A stretch of DNA of 64,000 bases. Source: Chrysomallon squamiferum (Eukaryota > Animalia > Mollusca). Where the stretch lies: NCBI GenBank assembly GCA_012295275.1, contig CM022673.1:29140001-29204000 (forward strand), in the 5' to 3' direction. The notes beneath the pieces are model-generated. The model did no database searches. It saw only the letters and a program-made list of their open reading frames with translations, and was not told the DNA's origin. The translations under genes and the position numbers were made by a program. This document shows positions 57,801 to 64,000 of the stretch, piece after piece. Numbering within the stretch: the stretch's first letter is position 1; each line of letters begins with the position of its first letter.

Positions 57801-58269
57801 ACTAGATTACATAGTACAAACTGACAGCTGAGGCTGGTATGAAGAATCTCAGCAATGTATCAGTTATATCTACACAAAGAATGTATGGAATGAATATACC
57901 TTTTTAACGACACCTCACCATATTTATAAAAACACTGTGTGCCAAACATATGGGGACTAATTTTGATGTTAAGAATATTAAGTTGTTTTTTCGTTTGGTT
58001 TTTTGGTGGGGTTTATGTTGCCATATTTCTTGTATGATGATTAAACAGGAATTCATGACCTGTTTTTCATGCACCATCCAATATTCAGTATATCACATTC
58101 CCTGACAACTGATAAACTATTCGTAGGATACTAGTTGGATTGGGAAATAAATAATAGGCCGAACTAAAGAGGAATGATCCTGATATAGGTCTGAAGTGTT
58201 TAAAGATTATATTAAAACATGGTGATGCGTTAGAAACAAAACAAGTCTATATTCCCTCACCTACGGCAC

Positions 58270-58454
58270 GTTACAGCTTATAAAGTGAGTCAGTTTGTAA
58301 CTCGTTTACAAAGCATTGCTGTGAACTTATAAAGTGTTACAGCTTATAAAGTGAGTCAGTTTGTAACTCGTTTACAAAGCATTGCTGTGAACTTATAAAG
58401 TGTTACAGCTTATAAAGTGAGTCAGTTTGTAACTCGTTTACAAAGCATTGCTGT
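58270..58454. repeat. Near-perfect 66-bp tandem repeat, ~2.8 copies
   Basis: gttacagcttataaagtgagtcagtttgtaactcgtttacaaagcattgctgt.. starts at 58270, 58336, 58402. Confidence 0.95.
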
Positions 58455-60123
58455 TAAATTAGACTTTGCATACGAATCAGGTCTCACATGCTTGTGTAAA
58501 TAGGTTTAAACATTAGGTTAGTCACTAGAAACTACATATCAAGTTATACATCTGTTAGATAACTTAACATTAAATTCACAATGTTCTCCCTCAGTTATTC
58601 TTATTTATGTAACACAATACTAAAACAATTCTATTCATTACTGAATGTCTGTTTTTCTATGATAGTTCTTTATGCTACTCTTGTCCACCAATATTTATAA
58701 CATGTTTTCAGTTCTAAAATAAAATTTATTACATCTTTTTTTTTTTTTTTTTTCAAAGACTCTTTTATGTTATGTTTTATTTATTTATTCATTACTACGT
58801 CTACAATACCCTGGAGTATATCACATAATCTGAGACCATGAAATTGGATATAAAGTCAAATTAAAATCCTGGTGTGTGGGTTTTCTTTTTCTGTTTTTTC
58901 ACAATTAGGTCAGATGTACATAATTTATATCAAACAGCTTGTCTTCGATCTCCTTCATTTACTAAACAATAAATTTCAATTTAAGCACGGACACGAAACA
59001 GAAAATCCTAGAACTGTTCATGTAATTAGATTCTTAACACAATTGTAAAAAAAAAAAAAAAAAAATTAAAATTAAAAAGTGTAATACTGTAACAATAATT
59101 AATATTCCTTACAAATTCGGATTTATTGTTTTATTCGCAATTCTGCTGAAGCTATAAAACCATATGAATTAATTCTTAGATATTTAAGTGACTTGAGGGA
59201 AATCATTAACTGTCGACTAAATATATTAGAAATCTTTTCCTGTGCCCCCGAGTGCTGTAATGCGAAGATCGTTTCGCTGATCAGTTTCTTACTGGGACAA
59301 GAAAGTAAATTTTATGTGTGATGCGATAAAGCGAACGTGTTCGATATTCTGAATGGACTGACCAGTGGCCTGACATAATCAAATCCAGATGATCGCTAGC
59401 GTTTCTCAGTATTGCACTCTCTGGAAATCAGCGTTTAGGCGTTTTCCGGATTGCTCGACTATTAATTAAGGAAGAAAGAGGCTTGTGTAAGAAATAAATT
59501 GAAAATAATTGTGTCAGAGGGTGCAGCAGAAACAGGGTTAACAGTTCTGTTGAAAACTGATATACATATTTTATTTTTTTATTCCCTGAAAGCTTTGTAT
59601 TTCTGTAATGAATCTTGCTTAATTCTTAAAGCAACAAGTTTATTTCTCAAAGAAGAAGTAACATCTATTTGTAAGAGTTAAGAAACTTCAGGGATTTTAT
59701 CAATATGAAATAAATGAATATTTCATTTAACGACAACTCAACATATTTAAATGTATAACGTTGTTAGTTGTTAGTTGCTGGTTATTTTTGTTTTATAATT
59801 ATAATAATGATCAGAATATAATTCATTAACGTTGTCAAGCAGTGAAGGATTTTTAAAACAAACTTTTCACTGACAGAAATGAAGGATACTGATTGAAACG
59901 GGTAAGCATGATCCATTATAGAGATCAGATTATGTCACCTAAGAAGGCTTAGATAATCCTAGAGTGACTCAAGTGTCTTGACAGGACTTCTAAAAAACAA
60001 ATTTGTTTTATTTCCTTTTAAAATTACCTCTGTTCCTACCCCAAGCTATTTGTTTGAAGATGGGAAAAAATAATAATATCACTACCATTAATAACAGTAA
60101 TTTTCTACAACAAAAAATTCCAA

Positions 60124-60175
<52 letters not shown>

Positions 60176-60521
60176 GTAATAATAGTAATAATAATAATAG
60201 TAATAGTAATAATAACTGCCGAAAACAAGAAACAGACAGTGACTTGTATTTGTTTGTTAATAAATACGCTGTTTATAGCAGATTTTATAATAACTGGCAG
60301 TTTTTAGCTTTGCTTGATTATACCTTTGTATGACATTCAGTAAAATTGAAAATAATTATGAATTATGTTTTCACAAACAAACTGGAATGTAAGGCAATGT
60401 TTTATAAAGACTCCTTCCCAGACAGAAAGAGAATGCCAATGACTAATAAACACAAATTACATGTTTCTAAAGACGTCGTAAATATTAATACGAATACATT
60501 TCCATAAATTACCATATATAC

Positions 60522-60658
<137 letters not shown>

Positions 60659-61445
60659 TACACTTTACATATTCCTAGTAACATATATATATATATTTAT
60701 AGCTATCTTTGTATTTTTCCCCATCTATCCAAATAAATTCTGAAAAGAAAAATACGATTCCTCTTGGTAACTGTCAATAGCAGACTGTGTTGCGTGTTGT
60801 TGAACATTCTGTCACTGATTCATAAACGTTACTTATCTTAGATGTTTGCAGAGACAGGAATAAAAAAAACCAAATCGCTTACACTAACTGCGAAGTCGAT
60901 AGGTTCTTTTCATTTGAATTTAATTATTAAAAAAAAGGTTGAAAAGGCAGACGAATTGATCTTTTGTGAATGTACACGTCTGCAGTTATATCTTCCACTG
61001 CAGGCTACCACGAGAAATAATTATTAATAAATTGAAACTGTATTTTTCCTTATCGTAAAAGGTTTTTATCTACAGAAAGCCGCTTAAGCGATTAGCGTTT
61101 TATATGATGATATTGACAAGTCTAAGAACCATGGATTTTGATAAGATTAGCGGTTCATGAAGGCAATGCAATAATTAAACTTGATAAATGTGACTGTTAT
61201 TGGCGGCTATGATCGCTAGACTGAAAAGAATTTCTTTTGTATTTCAAATTTAAACTGACTAACTAGCTAATTACTGTGGCTGAAAGAATCTGGCTTTATT
61301 CAAAAGATTTTCCTGGAAACCAGTTAACTCGGAAACCTTGATGAACCACATCTTGGTTTGTGCGCAGTAGTCTGATAAATAAATGTAATTGTTTATGTCT
61401 TTAATAAATGGCTTTGATGATAAAATGTAAGACTATGAATAATGC

Positions 61446-61498
<53 letters not shown>

Positions 61499-63403
61499 TG
61501 AGTGTGTGTTTGTGCGTATGTATATATATTTATATGCCAGAAAACCAAAGTGTATTTCGTCAAAAGTTAGCTAGTTTAGAAATAAATTTTCATAATCAAG
61601 CAGGATACTTTCTGGCGGTGTAAATAGGCAGATAGCTAGTCTGCTTAAATTTGATTTAAATAAATGTATTATACTGCATTAAATGTACTGAGACTCTCGA
61701 AAGGTCTGTCGTCACATATATCTTTGCATATAAAAAGATGAAATTTTCCATTTTTAAACTATCAGTACTTTGATACAGAGTTAAAATTATGAGAGGATCC
61801 AAGGGAATAAAAAAGTTTAATAAAGGTGGTTGGTAGGAAAAAAAACGCTTTGGCGACCTCTGTTATAACCTTTATAAGATGATAAGCATTACAGTTTTTA
61901 TTAAAAAAAATTTTATTATTATTTAATTATTTTTTTATTTTTTTTACAGATAAAAAATAAAATATCCATTTTCACATTACACGATACAGATAATAAAACA
62001 TAAGGAGAACACATTTTATCAGTAGATCGCCATCTTGACAAGATACATCATTTTAGTGAACATCTCTACAACTGAATAAGAATTTAAATTGTTTAAATCT
62101 GTCCGCCTTCACGAAAATAATGATTTAAATTAAAAAAAAAACCCACCAAGAATCCAAAAAATTATTTGTTTAGTTATGTTGACTGTCAGTTTGTAAATGG
62201 AGAAGGTGAAATATATTCAGTAAGTTGCTTTCAGTAACGCTGGAAAGGTTCAGTTTTTATTATTATTTATTATTATTTTATTTATAGAATTTTATATAAA
62301 CTATACTGTAGTTCAGTGGCTTGTCAGTATATGACTACTTGCAGGATCAATTCTTTTTGACTTTCCGTGACTTGTTTATCAAATGCCTTGGTGTCTGTTT
62401 TACTGTCTGTAGGTAGGTTCATAAACGTATTACTTGCTGCTAATCGAAAATAATTAGAACAAACTGGTTTCTTTTCTAATTTGCTGTGTGATCCAAAACC
62501 AAATGTTTGATAACACAATACATATCGCGTTAAAGTCATTATTTAATTATTTTATTCTTCCTAAAAAATTATACGGACTGCTTAAGTATAAATGTAAATA
62601 TATTTCTCGATTGATCCTGTTATTACATTCATAATTTACAGATACTGTACAGTTTTTTTTTTTATAATGCACTTATCTTATTACCGATCTATTGTCTAAG
62701 TCAAATTTCATCAAATAACCTTGAACAAACTCTGCATTTGTTTCACCCTAATCAGGAAGCTTCAAGTTCTGTTTTCTCGTAGCGTTTTGCATAGTAAAAA
62801 AAAGACTTGATAAGCAAGTCTGAAAAAGCTACTGGGTCAACACGACTTTTTGTTCTGTCAAAGAATCAAGTGCTAGATTAGTTACACTAATGTCATGATG
62901 TTGTGAGAGAAGAGCTGATTATAATGAACTAACTAATAAATCGTCAGATCATTAACGTTGTAAGTTAGATGCCAGAATCGACCCCTTTGGACGTCAAAAT
63001 CGATCCCATTACCAGCAGTTCTTAACTCGAGCGTCTTAATCAATGAAACAAGCAATTAAATCTAAGCAACTTCACGCAACAGCCACCCCGCACTCTTACG
63101 CAATTTCGTTTATATGCGCTCTGTTGTTTAATCATGCAGATACATTCAGTACAGATCGATAGCTGATCGAAAGAGTATTGATTCTATTGACGCTCTAACA
63201 CGTATATGTTTTTATATGATTTTTCTTTTCTGTATATTTTCCAAAACATGAATACTAAATAATTAAATGAATAAATGAACGAATAAATTGATAAATAGAA
63301 CAGATAAATATACAAAAATTGTAAATGTATATACACACACCCACAACATACATATTTACATATATAATACATGCGTACATGCATACATACATACATACAT
63401 ACA

Positions 63404-63437
<34 letters not shown>

Positions 63438-64000
63438 CATACATATATATTTTCAGTCTATGTCATCAATAATCGATCAATTTGCAAAAAGGTTCTTACT
63501 TTCTGCATGATCTTACTTGATAATCACGTGGCCATGACATGTAAATATATATTTACACACGCATGTATATATATATATATATCTTACTCTGATGCATAAT
63601 AAGAAATCCGATAACAATTAAAAAAATAGGCTAAATAAAAATCTAATACGATGTTAATAGCTCATAAATCCCACGAAATGCTTAATTAATTAATCAATAT
63701 CTGAAATCTATTGATCACTCTTTATTCCGTCGGAAAATTATGTTTGGTTCATTTACCTCGAATGACGTAATCATTATCTGAACAGCACTTTTAGTTACAG
63801 TTTGGTGTTATAAACAGGCATAAGGACATTTTATATCAATAATTTCTTTTTCTTTGTATATCTTTTTTTTTTCCAGTGATCGAATAAGAATTAAAACTGT
63901 TTTTCAGAATTTCATTTGAAACGTAATTAACTGATAATACAAATAATGACGGTGACATTTTTTTATAATTTATTTGTTTATTTATTTATATATTTATTTA

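Noticed and set aside
58270-58454. Regularly spaced repeats superficially like a CRISPR array (also 50600-50965, 23338-23535)
   Set aside because: No unique spacers, no cas genes, eukaryotic context; plain tandem repeats.
59410-59430. tattgcact word matching the miR-92 family 5' end
   Set aside because: Only the seed region matches and no convincing precursor hairpin is apparent. I recognised no tRNA, rRNA or known miRNA in the window by eye; an Infernal/Rfam scan would be decisive.

Overview
AT-rich, microsatellite-rich animal genomic DNA with spliceosomal GT-AG introns. It is not prokaryotic; a mollusc/lophotrochozoan origin is an inference from repeat style and gene content. Three spliced genes were reconstructed by hand. 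(1) The 3' 15 exons of SPAG1 (three TPR domains plus RPAP3-type C-terminal domain), + strand, 285-8276. (2) A complete 5-exon Q50 paired-class homeobox gene of the aristaless/Arx family, with a Pph13-like homeodomain and a C-terminal OAR motif, - strand, 21335-12034, 267 aa. (3) A complete 11-coding-exon SLC28/CNT concentrative nucleoside transporter, + strand, 29942-36049, 636 aa. From about 36 kb to 64 kb I found no convincing coding exon, only simple repeats, degenerate interspersed repeats and CpG-retaining, motif-rich islands that look like a cis-regulatory landscape. The most notable points are a triplicated intron/splice acceptor inside SPAG1, the Pph13-type homeodomain with an RCSI/P3-like site in its own promoter, hybrid CNT2/CNT3 selectivity residues in the transporter, a sharp CpG boundary at the SPAG1 3' end, transposase relics and a long inverted repeat pair. 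I see no clearly new multi-gene system; the findings are leads.
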